A DNA stretch of 64,000 bases from an uncultured candidate division Zixibacteria bacterium (GCA_963664195.1 OY760907.1:128001-192000); one strand, 5' to 3'. Positions 9,822-19,810 are shown, counted from the stretch's first letter. Notes: generated by a model from the sequence alone, not told the origin. Numbers and translations are program-made.

Positions 9822-10735
9822 TGTTCCCCCTTCTCGAGTTTTTGCCTTAGCAGTAGCTTGTTGCGCATTTGCGTGGCAAACTTGGAGGCCCTTGTATCTC
9901 GCTTGTCCTGTATCAGGCTGTTGAGGAAGTCCATCTTATCCTCTTCCTCCAAGTGATCGGTGACCAACACTAACCAGCCTCTCGAGTCACTCGAATTGGG
10001 ATACTTCAGCAACATATCGGTTGTGAAGGAAATCTCGTCGTACGTGCCATGTTTCTTCTGATCACTTGCTTCTTGCGAATAAGCTTTCGAGAAGTAGTAG
10101 CATCGTTCAGCAAAGACGCTTTTCGGATGTCTGTCGACGATCTCCTCATACCGCTGTATGGCAGGGAACCTGTTTTCACGATCCCAGGCCTTACAGGCCT
10201 CTTCAATCAGACCCAGAATCATTCCTTCGTCGCCTGAGGGTTCGACAATCTCGAAAGACAGTTCCTCGGAGACAGCTTCTTCGAAGTAAGCCCGTACAGT
10301 GTATGAGCCCGTGGGGATATAAGGGAAGACCAGGTTGCTCACTGAATGGCCAGACCTGTTGTCGTAGGGACTAAACAGTTCTGCCAAGTCAAAGCTTCCG
10401 AATTCCTGTCCTCCGGCTTCTAACAGTAGTCGACCCGGGCCACCTACGAAGTCGAATCTCATACCGGTATACTCAAGCAAGTCCCCCTTGCCGTTTCTCA
10501 AATCGATTCTGAATTGACGATGATTGGGAGATGTAAGGAGCTGAGTTCTCGCGGTGTCCGAGCATGTGTTCGTAATAGTAGCATCAAGCACGATTCTCTC
10601 ATGTAAGACATAGACATGCTTAGACAGGCTTATCTCGATATCCAAGTCAGTCCCTCCTGCATGGAGGCTGAAGGGTGACACGGTCACATTTGAGAGGAGA
10701 AGCACTGCAATGAAGTGATATGCATATCGCATCAC
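9818..10735 (-). CDS. Hypothetical secreted protein (Ig-like N-terminus, helical C-terminus); paralog of 10732-11643
   Basis: Signal peptide; motifs shared with its neighbour (IEI.LSK..Y.LHE, GRLLLEAG, FPYIP.G.YTV, P.SV.AE.CYY.S, DTR..KFA.Q); ATGA overlaps. Confidence 0.8.
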   Translation of the reverse strand: MMRYAYHFIAVLLLSNVTVSPFSLHAGGTDLDIEISLSKHVYVLHERIVLDATITNTCSDTARTQLLTSPNHRQFRIDLRNGKGDLLEYTGMRFDFVGGPGRLLLEAGGQEFGSFDLAELFSPYDNRSGHSVSNLVFPYIPTGSYTVRAYFEEAVSEELSFEIVEPSGDEGMILGLIEEACKAWDRENRFPAIQRYEEIVDRHPKSVFAERCYYFSKAYSQEASDQKKHGTYDEISFTTDMLLKYPNSSDSRGWLVLVTDHLEEEDKMDFLNSLIQDKRDTRASKFATQMRNKLLLRQKLEKGEQ

Positions 10736-11643
10736 TGCCCTCCTTCCTGCTTCATCTTCTCAAGCTGCCGGAGTATCTGCCTGGCGAACTTGGCGCTCCG
10801 TGTATCCGAGGTGTCCGAGGCACACCGATTGATTATGTTCATCGCTTTGCCTTTGTCATCCATCCTGTGATAGATGGAAACGAGCCAACTCCGCGACTGA
10901 TCCGAATCGGGGTACTCCACCAGCATCACTTTGTATAGATCGTTGTAACGAAATGTCCCGTCTGCCCGTGCGTCCTTCACGGCCTGTGAATATATGTACG
11001 AGAGGTAATAACATTGCTCTGCATAGACACTATTCGGGTATGAGTTGATGACTTCACGAAATGCCTGCGAAGAAGGCTCCGGATTAGCTTGAGTCCAGAG
11101 GCTGCACGCTCTCACTATCATTTCGAGAGCCATCTTCTCATCGCCGAAAGGTTCGATCACCTCAAAAGTCAATACATTGGAAACGGACTCTTCAAAACGA
11201 ACCTGCACCGTATACGTTCCCTTCGGTATGTAGGGAAATCTCGTACGCGGAAGGCGGTAACCTGATCTGCTCTCGCGTAAGCCGAACAGATCAAGCACGT
11301 TCGCACATCCATAGTATTGCTCGCCGGCCTCAAGCAGCAAACGCCCCGAATAATCTGCTATCTCAAAATCGACACCTGTATGCTCAATCAGTGCACCTGT
11401 TCCGTCTCTCAGTTCTATCCAATAGTCAAGATGGTTGGGTGTATCCAAACCATACGTCCTGAGAGTGTCGGAGGTTAGATTCGTGAGCGTCACGTCCAGC
11501 AGGATCGGTTCATGCAAGATGTACGTTTGCTTCGACAATTCGATTTCAATCCCCCAATCATTCTCACTCGCATGAAGACTGGAGGACTGTATCAATGCAG
11601 ACGAGAGCAACAGGGCACAGATATATGTCAATACGATTTTCAT
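10732..11643 (-). CDS. Hypothetical secreted protein; paralog of 9818-10735
   Basis: Signal peptide; GGAGAGG RBS; same shared motifs. Confidence 0.8.
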   Translation of the reverse strand: MKIVLTYICALLLSSALIQSSSLHASENDWGIEIELSKQTYILHEPILLDVTLTNLTSDTLRTYGLDTPNHLDYWIELRDGTGALIEHTGVDFEIADYSGRLLLEAGEQYYGCANVLDLFGLRESRSGYRLPRTRFPYIPKGTYTVQVRFEESVSNVLTFEVIEPFGDEKMALEMIVRACSLWTQANPEPSSQAFREVINSYPNSVYAEQCYYLSYIYSQAVKDARADGTFRYNDLYKVMLVEYPDSDQSRSWLVSIYHRMDDKGKAMNIINRCASDTSDTRSAKFARQILRQLEKMKQEGGQ

Positions 11644-11867
11644 GGTTTCCTCTCCGATACTCTACCACGAGACTCTTTTCAAGTTTGTTTTGCACTTCTC
11701 ACAGAAAGTCTTGAACCTCAGTGGATCGGCGTTCTCACCTAAGTCCTTCAGACAGTTGTTTTTCGACCATTTCTGTGGATGGTTGGCCATTATGCACACG
11801 TGCGACTCTGATGGACTGTTGTGATGATTGTGATCGTAGTTATCGCTGTTGCTGGTGTAGCATAGAT

Positions 11868-13059
11868 TGTATGAGGACGGACTTGAGTTGACACTTGCAT
11901 AAAAGGCGAGTGGTCATTTACCTCTGAGATAACAACAAAACAGGAGGTTATAATGACCACTCAACAGAAGCTCGTCCAGAAGAAACTCAGTCTTCTGGAA
12001 CTGGGGGAATATCTTCAGAACGTATCCGAAGCCTGCCGCATTCACGGCTGCTCCCGCCAGCATTTCTACGATATCAAGACAGCTTACGAGAGTCAAGGAT
12101 TGGATGGTTTGAAGGAGAAGACCCGTCGGAAGCCTTGTCTGAAGAACCGGGTGGCTCCGGAGATTGAAGAAGCAGTGTTGCAGATGGCTTTGGAGCAGCC
12201 GGCCGCCGGGCAGATGCGGGCGTCCAATGAGTTGCGGAAACAGGGTGTTTTGATCTCGTCGGGTGGGATTCGCTCGATCTGGCTTCGTCACGGTCTGGAG
12301 ACATTCAAGAAGCGTCTGAAGGCTTTGGAGGAGAAAGCGGCGAAGGAAGGAATGGTCTACACCGAGGAGCAACTCAGGGTGTTGGAATCGGCTCGTCGGG
12401 AACGGGAGACGGTTCCTGATGAGATCGAGACGCATCATCCGGGCTATCTGGTGGCCCAGGACACGTTCTATGTGGGGTATCTCAAAGGGGTTGGCCGCAT
12501 CTACCAGCAGACGGTGATTGACACGTATTCGGCTGTTGCTTTCGCCAAGCTGTACACGGCCAAGGTCCCGCTGACGGCCGCTGATACGCTCAATGATCGC
12601 GTGGTGCCGTTCTTCGAAGAGCAGGGCGTGGATATCCTGCGCATCCTGACAGATCGCGGCACCGAGTACTGCGGCCGTCTTGACAAACATCCTTATCAAC
12701 TCTATCTTCAGCTTCACGAGATCGAGCACACTCGGACGAAGGCGCGACATCCACAGACCAACGGCATCTGCGAGCGGTTCCACAAGACGGTTCTTAATGA
12801 GTTTTACAAGACGATCTTTCGCAAACGGATATTCACTGCTGTGGCGGAATTGCAGGTTGAGTTGGATGACTGGATGGATCGATACAACCGGGATCGCACG
12901 CACCAGGGGAAACGGTGTCAAGGTCGCACGCCGATGGCGACCTTCGTTGACGGTCTGGAGTTGGCCAGAAAGGCAAATCTGACGGTAGAAGAAAAACCGG
13001 CAGCTTAACAGAAACCTCTCAGAGGTGGATGACTGTCAAATCAAGTATCGTTCAGTACA
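11868..13059 (+). mobile_element. Complete IS481-family insertion sequence (1192 bp) with 7-bp target duplication CATAGAT
   Basis: TGT...ACA ends; imperfect 26-bp terminal inverted repeats (TGTA..ACTTGAxTTGACA); CATAGAT at 11861-11867 and 13060-13066. Confidence 0.93.
11953..13008 (+). CDS. IS481-family DDE transposase
   Basis: N-terminal HTH (NVSEACRIHGCSRQHFY); QDTFYVG, LTDRGTEY, PQTNGICERFH, YN.DR.HQG; AGGAGG RBS. Confidence 0.95.
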   Translation: MTTQQKLVQKKLSLLELGEYLQNVSEACRIHGCSRQHFYDIKTAYESQGLDGLKEKTRRKPCLKNRVAPEIEEAVLQMALEQPAAGQMRASNELRKQGVLISSGGIRSIWLRHGLETFKKRLKALEEKAAKEGMVYTEEQLRVLESARRERETVPDEIETHHPGYLVAQDTFYVGYLKGVGRIYQQTVIDTYSAVAFAKLYTAKVPLTAADTLNDRVVPFFEEQGVDILRILTDRGTEYCGRLDKHPYQLYLQLHEIEHTRTKARHPQTNGICERFHKTVLNEFYKTIFRKRIFTAVAELQVELDDWMDRYNRDRTHQGKRCQGRTPMATFVDGLELARKANLTVEEKPAA

Positions 13060-13663
13060 CATAGATGTTCCAGCCCGGCTCGTACGTGCCCCAGCTCATG
13101 AATGACCACCCCCTGCATGATGTCTTCAGCGGACCAGGTAGACCCCGTATGGGTCTGAATGTTGAACATGAACACCATGCCAAAGGCTGTGTAGCAATCC
13201 CCCCCGTTGAGACTAATCCCCAGAAATCCTTGGGTTTCGTTCTCGGACAGTATATACGTATGGGCGCCGAGGAAATACGACTTGTAAGCAAGCAGATTCA
13301 TTACATCGTTTGTATCTCTCACGCAATCGCCATTGGCATCTTGCCAACAATTCGCGTGAGCGTCGACAAAAGTGACCATCTGCTCTTCATAAGAGAAACT
13401 GGCGGAGGTTTGCGGAATATTGTTCTGATCGAAGATCGGCACGAAATCAGTGTTTGCCTGTGCGAATGCATGTCGGGCGTATTCGTAACCGTTCTGAAAG
13501 ACATCGCACCCCACAGCGCAGTCATACTCCGGGAGAAATTTGAGGAGCACATCACTCGGTGGTGCGCCGCCAGTATCCCCGGTGCTCTCTCCACAACCAC
13601 TAATCAAGGCTGCTATCAGACACAATAGCACAATTGGCATCAATAGTATATGCTTAAGAAACA

Positions 13664-14278
13664 TCATTTCGTCTCCCCCTTCCCGCCCGCGGTCGCTTTG
13701 CCCGAAACACCGTAATCGGCCAGGAAGTCAAACAGGTGATCGCACGCGATCAACTGCCACCGGAACGGATCGTGGGAGGCGGTCATTTTCGGTCGATCCT
13801 CATAAGGTGACCAGAAGACCAGTCGTTCCGCGATCCGGCTCCCTGTTTTCCTTGGATCACCCGTATCCGCTTCCCACAGGATCAACTCGCACTCAACGAC
13901 AGCGGAGTCGTTCCCTATCATCGTGATCTTCGGCGACAGGATATCGAAATCCCACAGGTTCGAGTCCCCTTGCTTTGAGCTGGTCCTTGTGATGGCTCTA
14001 CTCCCTTGTACTCTAGCTCTCTGCGACGAGTTGTTGAATATCTTGTTGAGGTTCTGAGCAACTCCATCACTCTTCGTTTCAACTCCTTTGACCGAGACGG
14101 CATCCCCTACTACTTTCAAGACTCTGGCCGCCTGTTCTTGTTGAATGCCTTTTCTGATCATATCCAGAGAAAGCCCCACACAATCTTCGTCTGACAACGT
14201 GAGAAAAGTCTGCGCCAGCGTCGCCTGTCCCAGGACAAACAGTATCCCCGACCAGAATAACAGTATCAGAATGCGCAT
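13664..14278 (-). CDS. Hypothetical secreted protein, first gene of the 14278-8198 operon
   Basis: Signal peptide; GGAGGAG RBS; ATGA overlap with the next gene. Confidence 0.75.
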   Translation of the reverse strand: MRILILLFWSGILFVLGQATLAQTFLTLSDEDCVGLSLDMIRKGIQQEQAARVLKVVGDAVSVKGVETKSDGVAQNLNKIFNNSSQRARVQGSRAITRTSSKQGDSNLWDFDILSPKITMIGNDSAVVECELILWEADTGDPRKTGSRIAERLVFWSPYEDRPKMTASHDPFRWQLIACDHLFDFLADYGVSGKATAGGKGETK

Positions 14279-14746
14279 AAGCGTACTCCTCCCTTGCGGT
14301 TATCCCCAAGGCACACGCTTGGAAGACAACGTGTTGTTTCATTCTGATCTTCCCGAACAGAGTTATACCTGTCCGATGATCACAGAACGTTCGATTGAGT
14401 AGTGCCTGCTCTCCCCCCCCGCAGGGGATGAGCCTCATTGATTTGTTGTGTCAACGCGCCAATGGCGTTGAATGAATCACTCCATAATGCGAACCGGAGA
14501 GTATTGTGTCAATACTGTTCAGAGATAAGACGAATAGTTGAGTTGGATTGTTCAATCTTCGGTGCCCCGCCAAGAGCGGAGCCATTCATGGCGCGACGTC
14601 GGATGGGCTGCCGAAGATGCCCTTACAACGTAGGACGTGGTTCCGAGCAAGCCGCAGGCGAGCGAGAAACCCGACAATCTGCGCTGATCGAAGCTCGGAG
14701 GCCGTATCAGGGGCCGTCAGACGAGGACGTCTTACGGCACATACGC

Positions 14747-14783
14747 AAACAAAAGCCGCGGCCCTATCATGGAGCCGCGGCTT
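14747..14783 (-). terminator. Intrinsic terminator of the hdrCB-sdhBA-like operon
   Basis: AAGCCGCGGC / GCCGCGGCTT hairpin followed by a T-rich run on the minus strand. Confidence 0.75.
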
Positions 14784-14811
14784 GTCATTATCAGAATGTC
14801 GTCGAAAAAGA

Positions 14812-16482
14812 CTAGCGCATCGTACCGTTGTAGTGCGCCGTCAACTGACGCTGGCGAATCGCCGGATCGGTGTAGTCCGGAAGCAGCATCGGAGCCACGC
14901 GACCATCACCGACACCCGCGTCGTCGATTTCCTTGTTGTACTTGATCGCATGTTCGATCGACAACTTGGAACCGTTCGCCTTTTCGTTGGCGTACTTCGC
15001 GGCGCTTTCGCCGGCGATACGACCGTAGACCATGATGTCCAGAAGCGAGTTGCCCATCAGGCGATTCTCTCCGTGGATACCGCCGCCGACCTCGCCGCCG
15101 AGGAAAAGACCCGGCACGCAGGTTTCGCCGGTGTCTCTGAATTCCAACCCGCCGTTTTGATAGTGCAGGGTCGGGAAGATCAGCATCGGCTCTTTCGAAA
15201 TGTCGATTCCGAAACGACGATACAAAATGAACTTGCCCGGGAATTCGCGCTCGACCGTGCCCTCACCGGAGAGCATGTCGATCATCGGTGAATCCAGCCA
15301 AATACCCATCTTGCCGGTCGGAGTCGGAACACCCATCTTGTCGGCAACGGCGTGCTTAATGATCGCGGCAGCTTCGACATCACGCGGCTCACGTTCGTTA
15401 ACGAACTGCTGGCCTTCGATATCGACAAGGTTCGCGCCGGAGCCACGGAACTTCTCAGTGATGAGAATGCCCTCGGCCTGTTCCGGGAAAACGATGCCGG
15501 TCGGGTGATACTGCACGGTATGCAGGAAGCAAACCGGAACGCCCGCGCGGTAGCCCATGACGATACCGTCGGCGGTAGCGCCGTAATGGTTAGTCGTCAT
15601 GAAACCCTGAATGTGAAGACGGCCGCAGCCGCCGGTTGCCATCACGACCGACTTGGCCTTGACGACGATGTATTCCTCGGTCTCCATATTGTAGAGAACC
15701 GCGCCCGCGGCATGACCGTGCTCGTTGAGCAACAGTTCAACCGCCGGGGAGAATTCGATCACGTTGATCATGTCCTTGCGGTTACGGGCTTCGTCACGCA
15801 CCGTGCGCATCATTTCCGCACCGGTGATGTCAGCCGCGTAGTGCATCCGCTTGCGACAAGTACCGCCGCCGTGGATAGTCTTCAACCTGCCGTCTGCGTC
15901 TTTGGAGAAGTTGCAGCCGAGGCTTTCGAGCCATTTGATCGCATCCGGGGCCTTGTTGGCCAGCGTTTCGACCAGCTCCGGAACGTTCTTGAAGTGACCG
16001 CCGCCCATGATATCGAGATAGTGAAAGTACGGCGAGTCTTTGTGACCTTTGGAAGCAGCCTGAATGCCGCCCTCGGCCATCATCGTGTTGGCATCGCCGT
16101 GGCGAAGCTTGGTGGCCATGATGACTTTGCAGCCGTGCTGCGCGGCCAGGATTGCGGCAGCCGTGCCGGCACCGCCGCCACCGATAACGAGCACGTCGGT
16201 TTCGTAATCAATCGTATTCAGATCAATCTTGGCGGGATCGACACGGGTCTTGGCCTCGAGCATATCGACCATTTCGTGCGCAATCCGGTAGCCCTTGCTC
16301 GGACCGATCTTCACCTCGCGGCGTCCTTCTTCCTTGACGTCCGGGTGGTGCTGAAGCATTTCCTTGCGTTCGTCGAGCGAAAGGAACGGGACTTCATCGT
16401 TCTTCAGCTTGCGTTCCACACGCTCGACGCGAGTGGCTTCGACTTTCTTTATGAGTTGCTTTAGTTCCTCTGGGTATGGCAT
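14812..16482 (-). CDS. Fumarate reductase/succinate dehydrogenase flavoprotein-like subunit (TfrA-like, probably non-covalent FAD)
   Basis: DVLVIGGGGAG, ANTMMAEGGI (no covalent-FAD His), QYHPTG, LITEKFRG, PRDV, LHYQNGG, IHGENRLMGNSL. Confidence 0.85.
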   Translation of the reverse strand: MPYPEELKQLIKKVEATRVERVERKLKNDEVPFLSLDERKEMLQHHPDVKEEGRREVKIGPSKGYRIAHEMVDMLEAKTRVDPAKIDLNTIDYETDVLVIGGGGAGTAAAILAAQHGCKVIMATKLRHGDANTMMAEGGIQAASKGHKDSPYFHYLDIMGGGHFKNVPELVETLANKAPDAIKWLESLGCNFSKDADGRLKTIHGGGTCRKRMHYAADITGAEMMRTVRDEARNRKDMINVIEFSPAVELLLNEHGHAAGAVLYNMETEEYIVVKAKSVVMATGGCGRLHIQGFMTTNHYGATADGIVMGYRAGVPVCFLHTVQYHPTGIVFPEQAEGILITEKFRGSGANLVDIEGQQFVNEREPRDVEAAAIIKHAVADKMGVPTPTGKMGIWLDSPMIDMLSGEGTVEREFPGKFILYRRFGIDISKEPMLIFPTLHYQNGGLEFRDTGETCVPGLFLGGEVGGGIHGENRLMGNSLLDIMVYGRIAGESAAKYANEKANGSKLSIEHAIKYNKEIDDAGVGDGRVAPMLLPDYTDPAIRQRQLTAHYNGTMR

Positions 16483-16518
16483 AGCAAACCTTCTTTTTCT
16501 TACGTCAAAGTTATCGGC

Positions 16519-17274
16519 CTAAAGATACGTGGAATCCTTCGGAGTCCAATCATCGCCAGCCGTGGCCGGTTCCATCTCGCGCTCGGTGTACGTTTTCCGA
16601 AGCGTCTCTTCATCGGAGGCCTTGAGTTCCTCAAGCCCCTTGATAAACCGACCGGCCTCGATATTCGCAACCATCGTGGCCAAGTGCTCGGCCTTCGGAG
16701 TCAGATACTGACCGTTGATCCGTCGAGCAAGCTGGGCAATATGGTACTGCGGCAGTTCGCCCATGCACCGCGAGGCACACAGACCGCACTGGATGCAATC
16801 GAATGAAGTCTCGGCGGCAGCCTTGATATCGCCGCGCTTCAACTCCGCGATATAATCCATGACCTGGACGTCCATCGGGCAGACCTTGGTGCAGGCGTTA
16901 CAGGCCACACAGCGGAACAGTTCCGGATAGAGGGCGAAGATTTCTTCCGGATCTCCCTTGAGACCTTCGAAATCATACGTTGCCCTGTTGGCCGGATAAA
17001 ACGGTAGCTGCGTCAGGTACATCTCCGGCTCCACGACCGTCTGGCATGCCAGACCGGTGCGGATTTTGTACTCACCCGGAAGGCGGTACACGGTGGCACA
17101 GGCGCCACAAACGCCGCCGCGACAGCCACAACCGCGAATGTACTTGTACCCGGCATACTCGATAGCCTTCATAATCGTCAGGCTGTCGGGCACGTCGTAC
17201 CGTTTACCCATGACGTAAATGGGAATCAGCTTCCCCTCAACTTTTACTTCGCTTTCCTTTTCTAGCGTACTCAT
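16519..17274 (-). CDS. SdhB/FrdB-like iron-sulfur subunit (2Fe-2S + two 4Fe-4S)
   Basis: GCRGGVCGAC..LAC; CVACNACTKVCP; CIQCGLCASRC. Confidence 0.88.
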   Translation of the reverse strand: MSTLEKESEVKVEGKLIPIYVMGKRYDVPDSLTIMKAIEYAGYKYIRGCGCRGGVCGACATVYRLPGEYKIRTGLACQTVVEPEMYLTQLPFYPANRATYDFEGLKGDPEEIFALYPELFRCVACNACTKVCPMDVQVMDYIAELKRGDIKAAAETSFDCIQCGLCASRCMGELPQYHIAQLARRINGQYLTPKAEHLATMVANIEAGRFIKGLEELKASDEETLRKTYTEREMEPATAGDDWTPKDSTYL

Positions 17275-17319
17275 GGTAGCCTCATCACATGTATTTCTGT
17301 AGATAATTGTCGTGTCATC

Positions 17320-18204
17320 TCAAGCGGTCGGGATTAGCTGTTTCTCTTTCAGCAGATTGACAGCGCTCTCTCGATTCATATCCAAACGGCAGCCCTCCGG
17401 CGAAACGCCGAGCGCCACAGCCAACAACTGAGTGAAGTAGTAAATCGGAACGTCCTTGGCTCCCTCGTACTTCTCCAGCATCTTGTCCTGACGTTTGCCC
17501 AGGTTGTAGTCGCACAGCGGACAAGCCAGCGCGAGAGCGTCGGCTCCGTGCGCAGTGGCATCGTTGAGGATGCCGTACGAGGTCTTCAGGGCAATCTCAG
17601 GATTGCCGAGCGCCTGATAGGTTCCGCAGCATTCGATTGTCGACGGGAAGTCGATCACCTCTGCCCCGATAGCTTCAAGGAAGTCGTGCAGGAGGCGCGG
17701 TTTATCCGGGCGATCGAGGGCAACTTCTTTCGGGCGGGTCAACGTGCAACCGTAGTACGGCGCCGTCTTGAGGTCGGTGAGCGGCGTCTTGACCGCTGCT
17801 TTGAGCTTGTCCCAGCCGATATCGTCCCTGAGGAAGTCGAGCATATGGACTACACGGACTTCACCTGCGTAGTCCGGTTCTTCATCCATGAAGTCATTGA
17901 TGGTCTTGCGTTTTTCTTCGTCCTCGGCCATCAGTTTGTTGGCGCGGGCGAGGGTGTTGTAGCACATCGCACAGAGGGTCAGAACGGTGTCCGAACCGGC
18001 CTCTTTGGCGCGAATAAGGTCCCGCACCGGTGCGATCAAATGAATCAAGTCGTCATCGGCCAGCGAATACACGGCCCCGCAGCAGTTCCAGCGCGGAAGC
18101 TCTTCGTACTCGACCCCAAGAGCGTCCAGGGAGGCCAGAGCGGAGTCTTCGAGGTTGCGCGCCTTGGTTTTGAGCGTGCATCCGGGATAGTAACTAAGTT
18201 TCAT
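17320..18204 (-). CDS. hdrB: Heterodisulfide reductase subunit B-like (two CCG domains)
   Basis: YYPGC..WNCCGA..LCAMC and YYGC..ECCG..ACPLC; ATG 18204 with GAGGA RBS. Confidence 0.88.
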   Translation of the reverse strand: MKLSYYPGCTLKTKARNLEDSALASLDALGVEYEELPRWNCCGAVYSLADDDLIHLIAPVRDLIRAKEAGSDTVLTLCAMCYNTLARANKLMAEDEEKRKTINDFMDEEPDYAGEVRVVHMLDFLRDDIGWDKLKAAVKTPLTDLKTAPYYGCTLTRPKEVALDRPDKPRLLHDFLEAIGAEVIDFPSTIECCGTYQALGNPEIALKTSYGILNDATAHGADALALACPLCDYNLGKRQDKMLEKYEGAKDVPIYYFTQLLAVALGVSPEGCRLDMNRESAVNLLKEKQLIPTA

Positions 18205-18212
18205 AGAGTTCC

Positions 18213-18620
18213 TCACGAAGTAAACTTGCGCATTCCGGCAACCATGGCTATCTGCGGCAGGTCAACCACTTCCTCGGGCTGTAGATTGGAGGGTTCGACA
18301 TGATCGACATTCTCGCGCAGCTTGATCTGGCGAAGCGCCTCCATCACACGCGGCAGATCGATACCTCGCGTGCAGCGGACAACGCACATGTGGCATGAAG
18401 CACAGACCCAGGGAGTATTGAGCATGTCGAGTGCCTCAGACTGCCCGAACTGGATGAGTGCCATAATCTTGCGCGGAGCAGCATCAACCTCTTCGGCCAT
18501 CGGACAGGACGCCGTACACGTGCCGCATTGCATACATTGGTACACGTTTTCTCCGCTGATCTCCATGACCTTACGGCGCCATTTGTCGTTGATGGTTTTG
18601 TTAGAAATTTCCCTTGGCAT
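18213..18620 (-). CDS. hdrC: Heterodisulfide reductase subunit C-like 2x[4Fe-4S] protein
   Basis: CMQCGTCTASCP..PRKIM..WVCASCHMCVVRC.RGID..VMEALR. Confidence 0.88.
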   Translation of the reverse strand: MPREISNKTINDKWRRKVMEISGENVYQCMQCGTCTASCPMAEEVDAAPRKIMALIQFGQSEALDMLNTPWVCASCHMCVVRCTRGIDLPRVMEALRQIKLRENVDHVEPSNLQPEEVVDLPQIAMVAGMRKFTS

Positions 18621-19032
18621 AAAAACCTCTTGAGATGTGGTGTCTCAGCAGACAGACCTTCTACCCGAGCTGTGTCGCAAGGTCCTTACGCCCGCCGTGA
18701 CAAGGGATTGTGAACCGATTCACAAAGCTCGTCATAATACAACTTTTCCAAAATAGAGAATACAGGGATTAAACGCAACCGGTTTGTGTCTTTTTTCACT
18801 AAATATGACCACATGTTGTGCCTCCTCAGGTTCTGCTCACACACCCACTTACATCTTCGTTTATGTCCGATTCCGGATAACAAATCGCCTTGTCTCTTTT
18901 TGCAGGCGTATTTCCCCGTCAAGATTAAACCTTTTTGCTCGTTCAAACGTCTCTCCTGCTGGAATCAACGACTGCGGACGACAAGTCCTCTTGTTGCCTC
19001 ACCTCACACACCAAACGAAAGGAGCCATCCCG

Positions 19033-19788
19033 GTGAAAAAACGCATGGCCCCAACCACCTTCGCAATCCACGCTCCTCTCCTCCTGTTGCTCGCCCTGCT
19101 TGTCACAACCGTAGCAGCGGAGGCCTCTGAAATCCATGCGGCTGCCAAAAACGGACATATCAACCCGAAGGAGTTGGCAGACCAGAGAGTCACGGTGTTT
19201 GTCACCCACGAACACAGGGATCATTACGATACAACTATTTTTGACTGGCAGAACGGCTTGGATGACATCACCTACGTCTACGGGTTCCGTCCCGAACGAC
19301 TTCCACAAAATCGTCAGACCGGCTATCACGGGCCAGCGTACGAGTATATTGGTCCCCGTGAACATAAAGATATCAACTGCCTGGATGTCACAACCATCGC
19401 CGCCAACGATGCCGGAGTCGGGTATCTGATTCGAGTCGATGGCCTCACCCTGTATCATGCCGGAGATCACGCCGGCTGGGCACCGAATAGACGGGAAGGC
19501 TACATCGCCGAGATAGATTTCCTGGACGAGCAGGTCGACGAACTTGATCTGGCCTTCGTAAACGTCACCGGCTGCCATACCCACGACACGGCGGCACTGG
19601 CCGAAGGGACCTGGTACACGCTGGAGCATCTACGCCCGGCAGCCTGGTTCCCGACGCACGCCGCTGGTCGCGAGTACATTTACGGACAGTTTGCTCACAA
19701 AGCACAGAATCATCCGTACGGCGAACGGATAGCGTGTCCCGAGAACCGCGGAGACAAGTTCCTGTACAAAATGGGTCGAATACTCTGA
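19033..19788 (+). CDS. Secreted MBL-fold metallo-hydrolase, apparently with an in-frame internal deletion
   Basis: Signal peptide; THEHRDHY, YHAGDH and FPTH motifs; first strands of the MBL fold are missing; GTG 19033 with AGGAG RBS. Confidence 0.7.
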   Translation: MKKRMAPTTFAIHAPLLLLLALLVTTVAAEASEIHAAAKNGHINPKELADQRVTVFVTHEHRDHYDTTIFDWQNGLDDITYVYGFRPERLPQNRQTGYHGPAYEYIGPREHKDINCLDVTTIAANDAGVGYLIRVDGLTLYHAGDHAGWAPNRREGYIAEIDFLDEQVDELDLAFVNVTGCHTHDTAALAEGTWYTLEHLRPAAWFPTHAAGREYIYGQFAHKAQNHPYGERIACPENRGDKFLYKMGRIL

Positions 19789-19810
19789 AGTAACCGCGCA
19801 CAACCTGAAG

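Larger units (their letters stand above)
11662..13667 (-). pseudogene. Zinc-metalloprotease lipoprotein (metzincin/archaemetzincin-like) interrupted by IS481
   Basis: Lipobox LISGC; HELGHVRAGLEH just before the IS. Excising 11861-13059 restores a 268-aa frame continuing LCYTSN..VCIMAN..FCEKC..RVSW-stop (TAG 11664-11662). Confidence 0.88.

Noticed and set aside
11914..12921. 335-aa minus-strand ORF
   Set aside because: Antisense shadow of the IS481 transposase.
15352..16464. Long antisense ORFs here and at 21097-21963, 24504-25484, 31008-32156 and 61046-62269
   Set aside because: They lie opposite well-supported genes and have no motifs; typical of GC-rich coding DNA.
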